Assembly (NCBI GenBank): GCA_964016885.1
Contig: OZ024744.1
Location: forward strand, 55,180,001-55,244,000
Length of the DNA: 64,000 bases
Direction of reading: 5' to 3'
Origin: Eledone cirrhosa
Lineage: Eukaryota
Below, piece after piece: positions 51,126 to 64,000 of the stretch; positions within the stretch are counted from its first letter, which is position 1; each line of letters begins with the position of its first letter. A model generated the notes under the pieces. It was not told the DNA's origin and ran no database searches. It saw only the letters and a list, made by a program, of their open reading frames with translations. A program made the position numbers and the translations under genes.

Positions 51126-53801
51126 CACACGACAGGCTTCCATGCAGTTTCCGCTCACAAGGCATTGGTTAACCCAGTGCTATAATAGAAGTCACATGCT
51201 CGAAGTGCCACAAAGTGTAGGAGTGAACAAGAAATTACATAGTTGAGAAGTGAATCCCTTAACCACACAGCCAAGCCTGTGCCTAAAGGAAATCTCTGAA
51301 CGTGAAACATTTGGTGTAGCAGATAGATAGGAATGAAATACAATGATTAAAAACATTCAGAATGAGAGAAAAAGAAGAGAAAAGAAACCCAAAGGGCTTT
51401 CAAAAGTTTTTCATTTGTTTACATGGCAAATGGTCTCTGGCACCCCAAAACTAACTAGTTCCATGCCACTACCACTCAGGTATTCCTGACTCCTTTGTCT
51501 ATCCTCTGGTTGTTCATGCTGCCCCCTCCCCTCTTCATATCCACAATCCTGGCCCTGCCATAATCTAATTGCTACACCCAGACCTTCATTCTTAGAATGC
51601 CAGTTCTCTAGAATTCCATTCCTGCTTATGCATCTCCTCCAGGTTTTGAAATTATTATTTTTTATAATTTACTGTTTAATTAAGAAGGGAAGAGCAATAC
51701 CCATGACTCTTTTCAGGAGGAAAGACGGAGGAAGTTACCCCCAAGCTGGATATCTGGACCAAATTCTTGCAACAGAATGGATTCTTCTAAAAGCATCCAA
51801 GTGGTGGTGTACGGCTTTTATTGTTTGCATGATTCATGTGTGATGTGAACAGGGCCTGACTGACTGAAATTTTACAATGCGCAATAAATCTACCAATCAT
51901 CCCATTTTAAGAGGCACATTAATGGCATCCATCTTTTCTGTCACAGAGAGCCATGAGTACTGTTATCCCTTTTAGACTCTGCAAATAGCCCCACTTTCAT
52001 TGTATTGTTGCATCAACCAGTAAACTGGTAATGTTTCACTGAATCTTAAACCAAGTTTCAATTCTTATTCACAGCTACATGAACTAACATTGCAACTTAT
52101 ATTTATATGGGAAGGAGAGCTACTAAAACATTTCTGTTATTATCATCATTATTATTATAAATATTATCAAGACTATTTTCATAAAACATTTTCTGCTTAT
52201 CAGTTAGTCACGAGGGAAGGAAAGTTCTGGTTTAAAAACATGCACGAGAATAGATTTTGCAATTAGCCAATGGCACATAAGAGCCAGGGGGTTGGAATTT
52301 AAACTTGGAATGCAAAGAACTGGAACACATAGCATCAGGCGTTCTGTCCAGCACTAAGATCCTGCCAGTCAACAAGCCCACCCAGACTGGTACTTTATCA
52401 AACCTGAAAGGATGAAAGGCAAAATTAACCTCAGAAGGATTTGATACCAGAATGCAAGAAACCATAGCAAAAACTATCAAGGATTTTATAGCCGACGCTC
52501 AAATAACTCCGCCAATCCACTGTTTGCTATGTTTCTTGACCTAAGTGCACACTCAGTTGTGTCAATGGAAAAATATCTCTAGTGTTGGTGCCATGATAAA
52601 ATGCACCCAGTATACTCTGTAAAGTGGTTGTTGATATGAAGGGCATCTGGTCATAGAAAACCTGCTATAGAGAAGGTTGCAGAGTCTTCAGTCATGTTGA
52701 AGACATCATGACAGCACCCCTTAGTGATGGTGCCACGATGAAATACAAACAGTATATACTGCAGAGTGCAAGAATGTAATTTGTGAGAGAGACTCCTTGC
52801 CTGCCAACAATCCAGCTAAGAGGTCAGTAACAAGCACCAATGAATTACTGACTTGGCCCAGCCAACCCTTGCTGGCATGGAAACAGATGTTAAATGATGA
52901 TGATAATTCACTTGATTTGTCACATTTCTACAAATATTGTATGTTAGTGGGACATAGACCTCCTCCTCGGACTGTCTGGGATGTTAGTGACCTCGCTTCA
53001 GTACTGACTCAGTTTATGTAGACCTGCTGTCCAACCCTTGCTAGCATGGAAAGTTAACGTTAAATAATGATTGTTATTTAGATTTCATTCCTTTACAATT
53101 CTTGGGTTAAAGCTCAAATAAAGCCTTAAAAGCCCCTTTTGTGTCATAACTGACCACTGAGCATGGGTTTGCACCTGAAAAGTTCTATGTTCAAGCTTGG
53201 GCAAAGTGTTTTTGTGAAAGACCAGCAGTCACCTATGCATGCCAGTCTCCCTTCTTCACACCACTAATATTATCCAATAGTGAAGCATAGGATGATACAA
53301 CTATTTTTTAAAAATTGTGTGGACTGGAGCAACGTGAAATAGAGTGTCTTGCTCAATTTTCACAAAGTAACTCACAATCCTGGAATCAAACCCACTACCT
53401 TATAATTGTGAGCCAAGCATCCTAACCTCTAAGTTATGTACATACCTTCACAAAGCAATCTCTTAGAGTCAAGCCAGTATATTATTCAAAAGGGGCTTGT
53501 GAATATCCGGTGACACTCTTCCCATCAAAAAAATTTCATCTTAGTACATTTGAATTTCCACCCCTCCATGCCTTAATTGAAAGCAATCTTAATCTGCATC
53601 TCAAAATTTCACTGAAGGTCTGTTCACATCAGACAATCATACCAACCATCAAAACTATACACCACCCTTGTGATTCAGAAAAGTTTCATAGAGAACAAAA
53701 ACCTATAGTATTATTTTTTCCCAACAGTTAAAAACAAGCATGTGGTTAGAATGTCTTAAGAAAAAAAAAAATAAAAAAAAAAAAAAAAAAAAAAAAAAAC
53801 A

Positions 53802-54012
53802 CTGGGCAGATTTTACGGGCAAAACAAACAGGCAGGAGACTCAAGGGTAGACCCCGACCAAGATGGCTGGATAAAATCCATAAGCTTGGCTGGTCTCACT
53901 AAGGGACCCAGCCAGATCAGTTGGAGACGGTTGCTTCTGACGGGACTTGCTGGAAGGTGTATTTGAGGACTCTGCCCCCACGACCCTCTCAGGAATAAGT
54001 GGGCAAAGAAGT
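53802..54012 (+). mobile_element. Second copy of the RTE-like 3' end seen at 48935-49165
   Basis: Direct similarity. Encodes GRPRPRWLDKIHKLGWSH..LRTLPPRPSQE. Confidence 0.75.
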
Positions 54013-54933
54013 TAAAAATACAGCTTTCAATATTCCTTTAACATTAATTAGTAAGGTGTATCTCTGGTTTAAAATAGATACACCATATCATTGTGTATTC
54101 TAAGAGGCAACAAAAAGGGTTGGTGCCAAGAAGGACATCTGCTCATAAAAAATTGCACAATGAGTATGATGAAGCCTGTTGGGGGGCCCCACATGGCTCA
54201 CCTCGGTTTTAGCAGGGAAAATGGCCTTAAGAATGCTTACTGTTGCTGCATTAATGGATAAGGAGCCAATTCTGAGATATCTATATAGGATTCCAGCATA
54301 AATCCCTTGCTATATAGGTAAAAAATAAACAAATATTATAAACTACTTATACCCTAAGAATATAATTCCTCTAAAGAAAATAAATTCCTGTTACAATTTC
54401 CCTCATTTGAACCTCATTTAAATTTTAAATAACAATGAAGGTATAGTTGGGTGGTTAAGAAGTTTACTTCGCAAGCAAAATGATTTGAGTTCTATCCTAC
54501 TGAGTGGATAACTTGGCCAAGAGTCTTTTACCTCATACCTGCTGTGAATGAAATTTGGTAGAAAGAAACTTTGTGAAAGCCTGACCTGTACAAATGCACA
54601 CACACGATTTGAACATTTTTTTTAATGGGGGAAAAAATATACATTATATATATATACACACACACACACATGTATAACATTTATGTGTGAGTGGGTTTGT
54701 GTTTATCATCATCATGTCAACAACGCTTAAACAACTGCAGCTTAAAAGTTTGATAGGTGGAGACTAGTGAAAAAAGTATTATAATAAAAAAAAAAAACAA
54801 GGATTGGCATCAAGCTGTAAGACACTGCCTATCTAACCCATGAATAATCTTAATCTTGGTAGCCATTCATATTAATTTGTCATGGGTTTCATTATGAAAT
54901 TATTAATAATTAGGTGAGAAACCTACTACATAC

Positions 54934-55101
54934 CATCTCTAAAACAGCCCAACCGGTACAGTGTTGGCATTTTGATAACAAATGCAAATATGTCATCAAT
55001 AAATGTATTTAATGCTTTGTAAGTTAGCATTCGCCATGGAAGATGTGCAACTGACTTCATCTTGTAGTTGATGAACAATTGTGGTGTCATCATAATGAAA
55101 C
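54934..55101 (-). CDS. CLPTM1: CLPTM1 exon: GFIMMTPQLFINYKMKSVAHLPWRMLTYKALNTFIDDIFAFVIKMPTLYRLGCFRD
   Basis: AG/GT flanks. 168 nt, phase 1 to 1. LPWRMLTYKALNTFIDD fits CLPTM1 rather than CLPTM1L (recalled as WKAFTYKAFNTF). Confidence 0.98.
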
Positions 55102-56257
55102 CTGGAGAAAAAATATACATTACTAATGAGAGAGAGAGAAGCATTTGTGACAAAAATCAATAGATTAAAACATTAATTTAGCTGAAAAGCAAAAATAAAA
55201 CATCTTCGATTAACGTCTATCTTTCACGCAAGCATGGGTTAGATAGGTTTGTCCCATTTAGAAACAAGTTGGGTTGGGTGACTTAGATAGGAGTGTTTTG
55301 GGCTGGTTTTCTACGGCTGGATGCTCTTCCTAATGCCAACCATATTGACAGTGTGTGCTGGGTGCTTTTTGTTGTGTGGACTGGATGTTTTGTGGTACCA
55401 GCATAATACACACACACATCATAATGACATGTATATATATATTTGCGTGCATATACATTTACGACTATCTTTTTCACAACCATATTTCTAATGAAATGTG
55501 CTATTTCAATTATTTAACTCTTAATCATCATCATCATGTAATGATTTAGAGGAAAATATCTAAAAACAGGTTTGTCAATTCTAATGTTTACAATAACTTT
55601 ACTAGTGGACAGATCATTGAGAAAATTTACAGTGTTAGAGAAAAGACTACAATTTTTCATGTGAAGCTTAGTACTTTTTTCTTAATTACTTTTCAAGAAC
55701 ATTCTGATAATACAGTATTATGTCGCACAGGGCATTAAGAGTTAATGAAGAATTTTGAGGGATTTATTAAAATTATCAATTATTTCATTATAGTAATATA
55801 GAAGACCCACGAGCACAGGCCGAGACTAAAGCATATATATATATAGAATGCACCACCCCACCGCACCCACGAGGACAAGCTGATGTATACATCCAGTGAA
55901 GCCTCCAGTCCACACTGTAAATTGGTCGTGTAGGCGTGCGTCACAACAAAAAGCACCCAATACTCATTGTAAATGAGGTTGGTGCTAGGAAGGGCATCCA
56001 GCTGTAGAAACCAAACCGAAATCGGTTTTGTGTGAGCAAGGCATGGTCACCTAACCTGGCTTTACTTACAACAGGATAACTCGCCTAACGCATGCCAGCA
56101 TGGAAAAAAAAATGGAGGTTAGGGATAAGTAACTCAAAAAGTTCTTATATAAAATTATATTGAAGCTTTAGTTTGAATAGGACCCTTTTAAAATGAGTGG
56201 TTCCATTTAATAGAAATCGAGCTGATGTTGGTTATCAAATGAATTAAAAAAGAACGG

Positions 56258-56288
<31 letters not shown>

Positions 56289-57307
56289 GACAATTCACCA
56301 ATCCAAATCATTTACAATGGTTGTTTTTCAATTTAGTTTTATTAATCAGCTAGTTCATTAACTAATTAATAATTTAATTTATTTATTTGATAGAGTCCTT
56401 CAATGAGTACATTGTCATGAATAATGCCACAGGTTGTGATCTAGTTAACTAATTCTCTAACTGAAATGAAATACTATTAGTGCATGTGTTTTTGATTGAC
56501 AGCATGACTCTCTCAAAGTACAATGTTTCAACACACAATTTCATTTCAAATACCATGCTAAATAAATGCACATTAAGAGAATAATTTCTAATTTAATAAT
56601 AATAAAATATAAATAAAAATAGAAATCATTAAGGTAAAATCAGTTAAAGAAACACAACATTAAATAGCTATAGCAAAAAACATTTTGCTCAAGATTAAAA
56701 AAAATTAGGTTAGAGAGACCTAATTTTCATTTTGGAAATGTGTAAACAATTACAAGTTTCCCGATTGGCTACTGGAAGAATTATTAAGAATTATGATTGG
56801 TATTTCAAAATAATGCAGACCGATTCAAATAGTTAATTGGTGAATCTTTCTCTCTGGTGCAGAGGTATTTTATCAAATTTTAAAATTCTTTTAAAAAAAA
56901 GTAGTTAACATTAAAATAGTCAACATCGCAAATATTACATTTTAAAGAATTACAGAAAAAAAATCTGAAATCAGAAAAAAATGGTGAACCCAGCGAGTTG
57001 GATTGGCTCTTTTAGCATAGCTCCTTTATCCTCTCCAGTGTAATGCATTCACAATTCTGTCTGAGGTGCAATGAACCATCAATAACGATAACAGTTTCTA
57101 ATTTAAAGAAAAGGAAAAAATAAAATAAATTGATTGGTACTTTATTTTATTGATTCCAGAAGGATGAAAAACGAAGTTGACCCCAGTAGTGTTTGAACTC
57201 AGAACATACAGCAATATAACTATTAGAAAGCATTTGTCTGATGCTTTAACAATTCTACTAACCCCACCATCCTCAATAACGACAACAGCAATAATAAAAT
57301 TACTCAC

Positions 57308-57443
57308 CAAATGTTAGCAAAAATCCATACAACATACTTAATGAGAAGGAATACCATCCCTTGTGTTCATTATATACTAATGAGTAGATAGAGTATATTA
57401 CTAACAAAGGAAACAAGCACCATGATAAATACTTGAAAGCAAC
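57308..57443 (-). CDS. CLPTM1: CLPTM1 exon: VAFKYLSWCLFPLLVIYSIYSLVYNEHKGWYSFSLSMLYGFLLTF
   Basis: AG acceptor and GTGAGT donor. 136 nt, phase 0 to 1. Contains AFxYLSW..EHKGWYS..LYGFLLTFG. Confidence 0.97.
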
Positions 57444-57802
57444 CTGAAATTAGAGAAAAACAATGATTTGTTCAAGTAAATTAGATACATATCATCATTG
57501 TTATTTAACACCAGTTCTTCCTGTTATCAAGGGTTGGATACACATGCACACATATTATACACAAATATAAACATATTACATTTCTTTATGACAAAATATA
57601 TATTTGCTATATTGATCCAGGGTTTCTGTATAACTTGAGAGATCATGGATCTGTATCTAGAAAGTTCCTCACCAAGGCGCAGGCCTGGGAAAGGGTTTTT
57701 GTGAATGACCAGCAGTTGCTCATACATGCAAGTCTCCTCACTCCATGATACAGATGTTGTCCAAGGATAAAAAGCAAGAGCTGATAGAGATTGGCACCAG
57801 TG

Positions 57803-58475
57803 ACATCATCATCATCATCATCATTTTATGTCCGCTTTTCCCTGCTTGCAAGAGTGGGATGGGTCCTATTCAGCACAGTGAGCTTCAGTAATCTGAGGTC
57901 TGCTCTCACCACCTCCGCCCATGTTTTTCGTGGTCTACCTTTACCACGTCTTCCTTCAACTGGCATTTCCTGGCACTTCTTCACTCAGCGGTCATCCTCC
58001 ATACCACCTGTCTCCTCTCTCAACACATCCATGCTGGGTTGTTCACGCACATTGACATTGAACATTCAACGGAGCATGCTTGCCTCATTTCTCTCCAGCC
58101 GTCGCATATCCTCTGCAGTTGCTGCCCATGTCTCACTACCATGCAGCATTGCACTCCTCACACAGGCATCATATAACCGTCCTTTCGTACGCAGAGAGAA
58201 ACCCTTCTTCGTCAGCAGCTCCCTAAACTTCTTCCAACCCGTCCTTATTTTAGATACTATGGCCTCGGAAAACCCCCTCCCATGCTAATCTGATCTCCTA
58301 GGTACTGGAAGCTATCCACCACTTCTATAGCACCCGCCTGCATTTGAAAAATATGTCTATCAATGCAACTTCTACTGTCTAATTTCCCTGTACATCTACT
58401 GCATACGTACTTCTCCCTACCTGTTAGTTTACCTGCTATCCCACTACATCTCTTGTGTACCCAGGATCTGTATTG
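57803..58475 (-). mobile_element. RTE subfamily 3' fragment with PHD-like finger and a short 3' UTR lacking the 48-bp array
   Basis: ORF 58257-58526: WVHKRCSGIAGKL..YVCSRC..EVVDSFQYLG. Also GRLYDACV. Tail cttgcaagcagggaaaagcggac..(gat)n. Confidence 0.85.
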
Positions 58476-59001
58476 TGTACATTGCAGACAACTCAGAATG
58501 CAAAAGGCCACAAGAGATAAAAGCAAGGCTATATGTCAGACGCTCTAACAATTCCACCAATCACTGTTCCTGGGACTACTACTTTACTTACCAACCATGG
58601 AAGAATAAAAGGTTAAGTTGGCCTTGGTAAGATTTGAACTCAGAACACAGAGAGCTGGAACAAATACTGCAAGGTATTTTTCTCCAATGCACTAAAATAC
58701 CTTAAAATAAATAAAAACAGAAAACTTATTGTAATCTAATCAGCTTACACCTATACATATTTAGTTGACCCCTGTGAAGATGTATCTCAAAGATTTCTTG
58801 AGTGTCTTAATAATAGGGGCTCCAGTTCTATTATGAAAAGCAGCAAGAAATGAAGAGCCTTGCTCAAGAATGCAATGCAGTCCTATGCAGGTACTGAACC
58901 CACAACCATATGGTCTAACACCCTAACCACTAGGTAAAGCATTTTCATTCTGTCATCTAACCCTTAAAATAACAAGATATAAAAACAAAATGGACATTTA
59001 C

Positions 59002-59094
59002 CAAATCATATTGTTTAGTTGCTGATTTATATGTTGATTTTTCTTTAAATACAGGCCTGGGAATGAAGCCAAAAATTTTGTCCTCTCGGTCAAG
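59002..59094 (-). CDS. CLPTM1: CLPTM1 exon: LDREDKIFGFIPRPVFKEKSTYKSATKQYDL
   Basis: AG/GT flanks. 93 nt, phase 0 to 0, in frame with both neighbours. Confidence 0.94.
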
Positions 59095-59151
59095 CTGTAA
59101 AACAAAGAGAACATTTTAAATTAAATTAAATTTGTAATCTACACACAAAAG

Positions 59152-59388
59152 TCAACCCTTTTGTTACCATATTTCTAATGAAAAACACTGCATATAATTT
59201 TACTAATCATTTTGAAGACAATCAAGAAGTTGGCGCGATTTACTAACATAATTAACTTTCTCATTAATAAGTTGGTGTTTGGAACATAACTTACATAAAA
59301 TTATAATGGAAGGTTTTTAGATAAATATAAACACTTTAAAACAGTTTTGTATCATAGAACCAGGGCAGTTTGGTATCAAAAGGGTTAA
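59152..59388. mobile_element. piggyBac-like MITE (CCCTTTTG.TACCA TIR) in a CLPTM1 intron; degenerate relatives at ~16775-16965 and ~24904-25050
   Basis: tcaacccttttgttacca ... tggtatcaaaagggttaa. Confidence 0.8.
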
Positions 59389-59468
59389 TAATTAGAATTT
59401 GAAAAATTGAAAGTAGGGTGAAATAATAGAAAGGGCTTCTTTTCATGAAAAAGTGTTAGATTACTTAC

Positions 59469-59659
59469 TGAGATGTCAACAACTTTCTGAATTTTCCATA
59501 TTTCTATAGCTAGTCCAATAATGACACTTATTTTTACTATTGGGTTAGTTTCATTGTCTAACACATAGAGCACCACAACTACTGACTGGAACACGTTAAA
59601 GAATACTGATCGTACTGAAAGACCTTCTAAAGACTTTCTACTTTTCCAAAACTGAATAT
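59469..59659 (-). CDS. CLPTM1: CLPTM1 exon: DIQFWKSRKSLEGLSVRSVFFNVFQSVVVVLYVLDNETNPIVKISVIIGLAIEIWKIQKVVDIS
   Basis: AG acceptor and GTAAGT donor. 191 nt, phase 1 to 0. Contains the DIQFW..SLEGLSVRSVFF motif. Confidence 0.97.
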
Positions 59660-60551
59660 CTGAATAAGAAAATAAATTAAAAAAAATTATAAAACATTTT
59701 ATGGAGGCTAATAATTAAAATGAAATAATATTGCAATACATTTGAAGGGATATGGGAATCCAATTTAATTAATTAATCCCCACCACCATCATTACCAAGA
59801 AGACAATTCATTACAATCCTCAAACAGTGCAACAGTGACCAGGTTGCAAATAATGCAGTGAAACTTTTTACATGAAAAATACCCAGCAAATGTAAAGCGG
59901 AATTGACAGGTTTTATGTTTTTGAATGGCTAAAATAACTGACTCTTCCATGATGTAATTGCTTTAGTATGGTGTACCTATTTTTAAAACTGAGATTACAC
60001 ATGTATTAGAGAAATAGTCCAAAAAATAAATAGTGGAATTGCGTATTATATTTCTAACCTAGGCACAAGGTCTGCAATTTGTGGGGAAGGGAAAGTTGAT
60101 CCTATCGAACCCAGTACTTAATTGGTACTTTATTTAATCAACCCTGGAAGGATAAAAGTGTTGACCTTGTCTGGATCTGAACTCAGAATGCAACAAATGC
60201 TGTAAAACTTTATCCGATGCTCTAACGATTATACACCACCACTCTGAAGAGTTTTATTATAATTATAGATGTTAGCAAATAGTTATAAAAATGAATGTGT
60301 CCCTAAAATGCTGAGGATTTTATATCCTCTGCTTGCTGATATCAGTTAGTTAAGCTCTGTTTAAAGTGGCTTCCACTGTGTGATGTGTGTATATCATCAC
60401 ACACACACACGCACACTATTCCAAAGGAAAGACACCTTTATGTCAATGTTTACCAAAGCTAATCTACTACATGTACAACTATCCAAGTTTTATATGTCTT
60501 TTAAAAGAATATTTTAACTACAAACATTCAAATCTCTACACACATACTTAC

Positions 60552-60645
60552 CATTCTTAAATGCCAAGAATTCAAACACACTATGTACAATTGATACAAT
60601 AACAGTAATAGCCAGTAAGTATGGATTCGTCTCCAAGAATGCAAT
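60552..60645 (-). CDS. CLPTM1: CLPTM1 exon: IAFLETNPYLLAITVIVSIVHSVFEFLAFKN
   Basis: AG acceptor and GTAAGT donor. 94 nt, phase 0 to 1. Contains the ETNPYLL...HSVFEFLAFKND transmembrane motif. Confidence 0.96.
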
Positions 60646-61778
60646 CTGTAAAAAGAGAAAATAATAATTTCTTACATTGGCAAAGATCTATAAACTTATA
60701 GGAAAGGATATAATTGATGTATAGGGTCTCACTACATAACTGGTATTTTACAGGCTCAGTGGAATTTGAACTAAGAACATAGAAGGATGAAACCAAATAA
60801 TAATTTTCTACAAATTGATTGGCAAAACTTCAAACTAATACAGGTTATGCAATAAAAATTTATATTCCTGCTTTTCCAAAGGTCAAGACTATAGACTGGT
60901 CTAACACTAGCACCTGATTCTTAGGTACCTTTAGTAGAGTCCACTCAATTACAAGCATTTGGACCAGGTTTGAGGATACCTTCATCTTGCCAGTTTTGAA
61001 GGCCCTGAAATGTGAAAAGGGCCATGGGCACTGTTTTTCCCTCCTTGGCTAAGTATTAATCATTCTAACCACTGAAAGTACATTTCAAATTATGAGAATG
61101 TTATCCAATGTGAGGTTGACAGTCTATCCAAAAAAGAGATTTATATTTCATGTGCTTAATATAGCTAAAAAATTGGTATTATGGTGATATGTAGTACATT
61201 ATTTATAAGCAATACTAAGGTTTGAACTCTTGATCAGGTGGCCATTAATCAAACAATAACTCTACTTCCACCATACACCTAAGAATATCTTAATAAAAAT
61301 TTTAACCACTTTAATGCAACATTTCATAGATTTCTTCAGGATACTCTGTAGATTATAGTCTGTCAAAAACTCTGGACAATTGCAAGCATGGCATGTGGTT
61401 AAAGAGCTCACATGGTTGAGTTCAGTCCCACTATATGGCACCTTGGGCAAGTGCCATCTACAGTTTGATCAATGACTTGTGAGTAGAATTTGGTAGATGG
61501 AAACAATGTGGAAACCAGTGTGTGCGTGTGTATATTTATTATATGGTTTCAAACTACACCTATATGGAATAATTGTGTGTGTATCTTTTTTGTTTGTTTA
61601 TTTCCCACAACTTAGCAGTTTACCAAACAGAGATTGATACAGTAAGTACCAGACTTGGTAAAAATAAGCACTGGTGACAATATGGTCGACTAAAACCCTT
61701 CAAAGCGGAACCTGAGCAGGGCCACAGTCTAATGACTGGAACCAGTAAAAGAAGCAAAAAAGTCAATAAAATACAAAC

Positions 61779-61923
61779 CTTGACAGAATCCTGTTCTTCC
61801 TCCCCTTCCTCGACAAGATTTGATCCCAATACATTGTACCATTTATTACGCATATTTTGTGCTGCATATAACTGCCAGCGGAACAGTGAAATTGGTTTGT
61901 AAGTGAGAGTTAAATTCACAACC
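61779..61923 (-). CDS. CLPTM1: CLPTM1 exon: VVNLTLTYKPISLFRWQLYAAQNMRNKWYNVLGSNLVEEGEEEQDSVK
   Basis: AG/GT flanks. 145 nt, phase 2 to 0. Contains the conserved PxSLxRWQLYAAQ and EEQDSVK motifs. Confidence 0.95.
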
Positions 61924-62218
61924 CTAAAATAAAACAGGGACATCAAATATATAAAATTGGAACAAGATTGAAATTTTATACTGCCATAAAAAAATTATTA
62001 GTATGGTTTATATGAAGCATAGTGAAATATATGGTTTAGGGTTGTTCTGGGAAAGCTGGCACGATGCAAGCTAGAAATACAAGAGTGAAAACTAGAGTAA
62101 AGTAAGAAACATGCTATGTATTTTATGGACATCAGTAAGTCTTCAATTACAATATCAACACCTCGACATCAACATAATTTTTTTTTTTACAGTAGAAGAT
62201 CAATAAATTCATATTCAC

Positions 62219-62321
62219 TTTGTAGTGTGATTAATTGGCTCATAATCACTGTTGAGGTTCCAATAGTCATTGAAGAAGATTACTGGATAATATTTATTGG
62301 TTCCAAGTTGAAAAACAACAT
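62219..62321 (-). CDS. CLPTM1: CLPTM1 internal exon (most 5' exon visible): xVVFQLGTNKYYPVIFFNDYWNLNSDYEPINHTTK
   Basis: AG at 62322-62323 and GT at 62217-62218 on the minus strand. 103 nt, phase 1 to 2. Peptide matches the CLPTM1 YYPIIYFNDYWNL motif as I recall it. Confidence 0.93.
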
Positions 62322-63641
62322 CTGATTTAAAAAAAACAAAAAAACATTATATATATATATGAGAATGCTTTAAGAAAAAATAAGGTAAAACAGGTAAACC
62401 ATCAATTTCCACAACAACAAAAAAAAAAAAAACTCGGCACACACTGTAAATGTGGTTGGCGTTAGGAAGGGCATCCAACTGTAGAAACCTAGCCAGAAAC
62501 AGATCTCTATGAGCAAGACATGGTCACCTGACTCAACTTGTCTCTAATGGGATAACCTGTCTAACCCATGCTAGTGTGGAAAGTGGATGTTAAACGATGA
62601 TCATAATGGTTTTTAACAGGTGCAAGCATAGTAATTTGGGTGAAAGGAAAGTCGATTATACTAATCCCAGTACTTTGCTGTTATTTTATTTTATTGATCT
62701 CGAAATGACAAACGGCAAAGTTGACTTCAGAACAGAAACTCTTAACTAAATACAGCAAAGTATTTTGTCTGACACTCAACCGATTTTTACCTGTTAATCC
62801 ATTGCTCTAGATTATATTAGAACACTGAAGACAAATATTCTCTTTACTGTCTAGATTAAATGAGGTACAAGATCATCAGTTGTCAGTAAATTGATGTTTG
62901 CACATGTATTTCCAAAACAAAATATTAAATAGCAATTAAACAGAGTAGTACAGCTTATGTGAAGCATTGTGAGGTATATAGTTAAAATCATTTTAGAAAA
63001 GCCAGTAAAATGTAAATTAGAAAGATAGGAAGGAAAACAGGAGGGAGGTAAAAACAAAGCAAAATAATAATTTATGGTTTTAGTTTTTATTTTGAAAAAG
63101 GAGTTCTAACCCCCATCCCGCAAAACATAAGGTAAAAGTTTTATTTTACTTCACCTCCAATTTCAATTCTTTATTTCTAACTTACACTGTACTGGTTTTT
63201 CTAAAACAATTTCAACCACAAATTAAACATTAACCTATTTCATACCAAATTGCCTGATACAAAACATCTAATTATAAAGTATTTATTTAACGTATATTCT
63301 CTCATCATAATTGTTTGTATGAAACATTTTACTGTTATGTTCCAATTACCAGTTGAATAATGAAAATTAGTTATACTAAATCATGCCAGTCTCTTGATTA
63401 TTTTCAAATTTTATTTAAAGAAAAATTAAATATTGTATTTTGGGTAGGTCAGACTGCCAACCAAAACATATGCACCAGTTATCCTTTCATCACAGCCTGT
63501 GAACCATATAGATGACTTTTGCTAGGACCAGTGCCTGGGTATTTAGTACCCTAGGCTAGCTCTAGTGTGACCCACCCCCATGACCAGTTATGCAACCCTT
63601 TCCCCCTCATACAAAATGTTTTTAACAATGTTTTGTAAGAT

Positions 63642-64000
63642 CATCATCACTGTTTTTCGTCCATTCTTCCACGCTAACATGGGTCAGACGGGTTGTCCTG
63701 TTGTTGGCTGACCTTGTCTTGCTCATACGGGAACTGATTCTGGCTTGATTTCTACAGCTGGATGCCCTCCCTAACACCAACCTCATTTACAGTGAGTGCT
63801 GGGTGTTTTTTTGCCGTGGCACCTCCACGACCATTTTGCAGTGAGAGGGGGTGGGGGCATATTGTCTATATACTTCAGCTTCGGCTTGTACTCGTGGGAC
63901 CTCGGGTCTTCTGTATTACTGCGTGATGCCAGAGGTCATGGTCGTGTGTTATCGCCTTTGAGAGGAGCAATTGGGTAAGGTCGGCTTTTATCACCTCATC
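63642..64000 (-). mobile_element. RTE 3' end running off the window
   Basis: Reverse-complement tail plus one or two hairpin units plus C-terminal coding remnant. Confidence 0.8.

Noticed and set aside
62851-63057. Possible next upstream CLPTM1 exon
   Set aside because: It lacks the expected SHWHPN-type motif and compatible splice sites. The upstream exons are probably beyond 64000.

Overview
AT-rich, repeat-dense eukaryotic (metazoan) DNA. The SINE/LINE repertoire suggests an octopod cephalopod, which is an inference. The only host gene I can firmly identify is CLPTM1 on the minus strand: its last 8 coding exons span 62321 to the stop at 45551, all with GT-AG introns in consistent phase, and the 5' exons lie beyond the window. 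The rest is mostly retroelement debris: many RTE-clade LINE fragments whose RT region carries an embedded PHD-type finger and whose 3' UTR holds a 48-bp hairpin array; a near full-length CR1-group LINE whose ORF1/ORF2 junction looks like a -1 frameshift site; two copies of a CRE-like restriction-endonuclease retrotransposon; several tRNA-headed SINE families; piggyBac- and pogo-like MITEs; a telomere-like repeat block; minisatellites; and a candidate minimal hammerhead ribozyme. There are no prokaryotic systems or CRISPR arrays. All calls were made by eye with no database searches, so TE boundaries are approximate.
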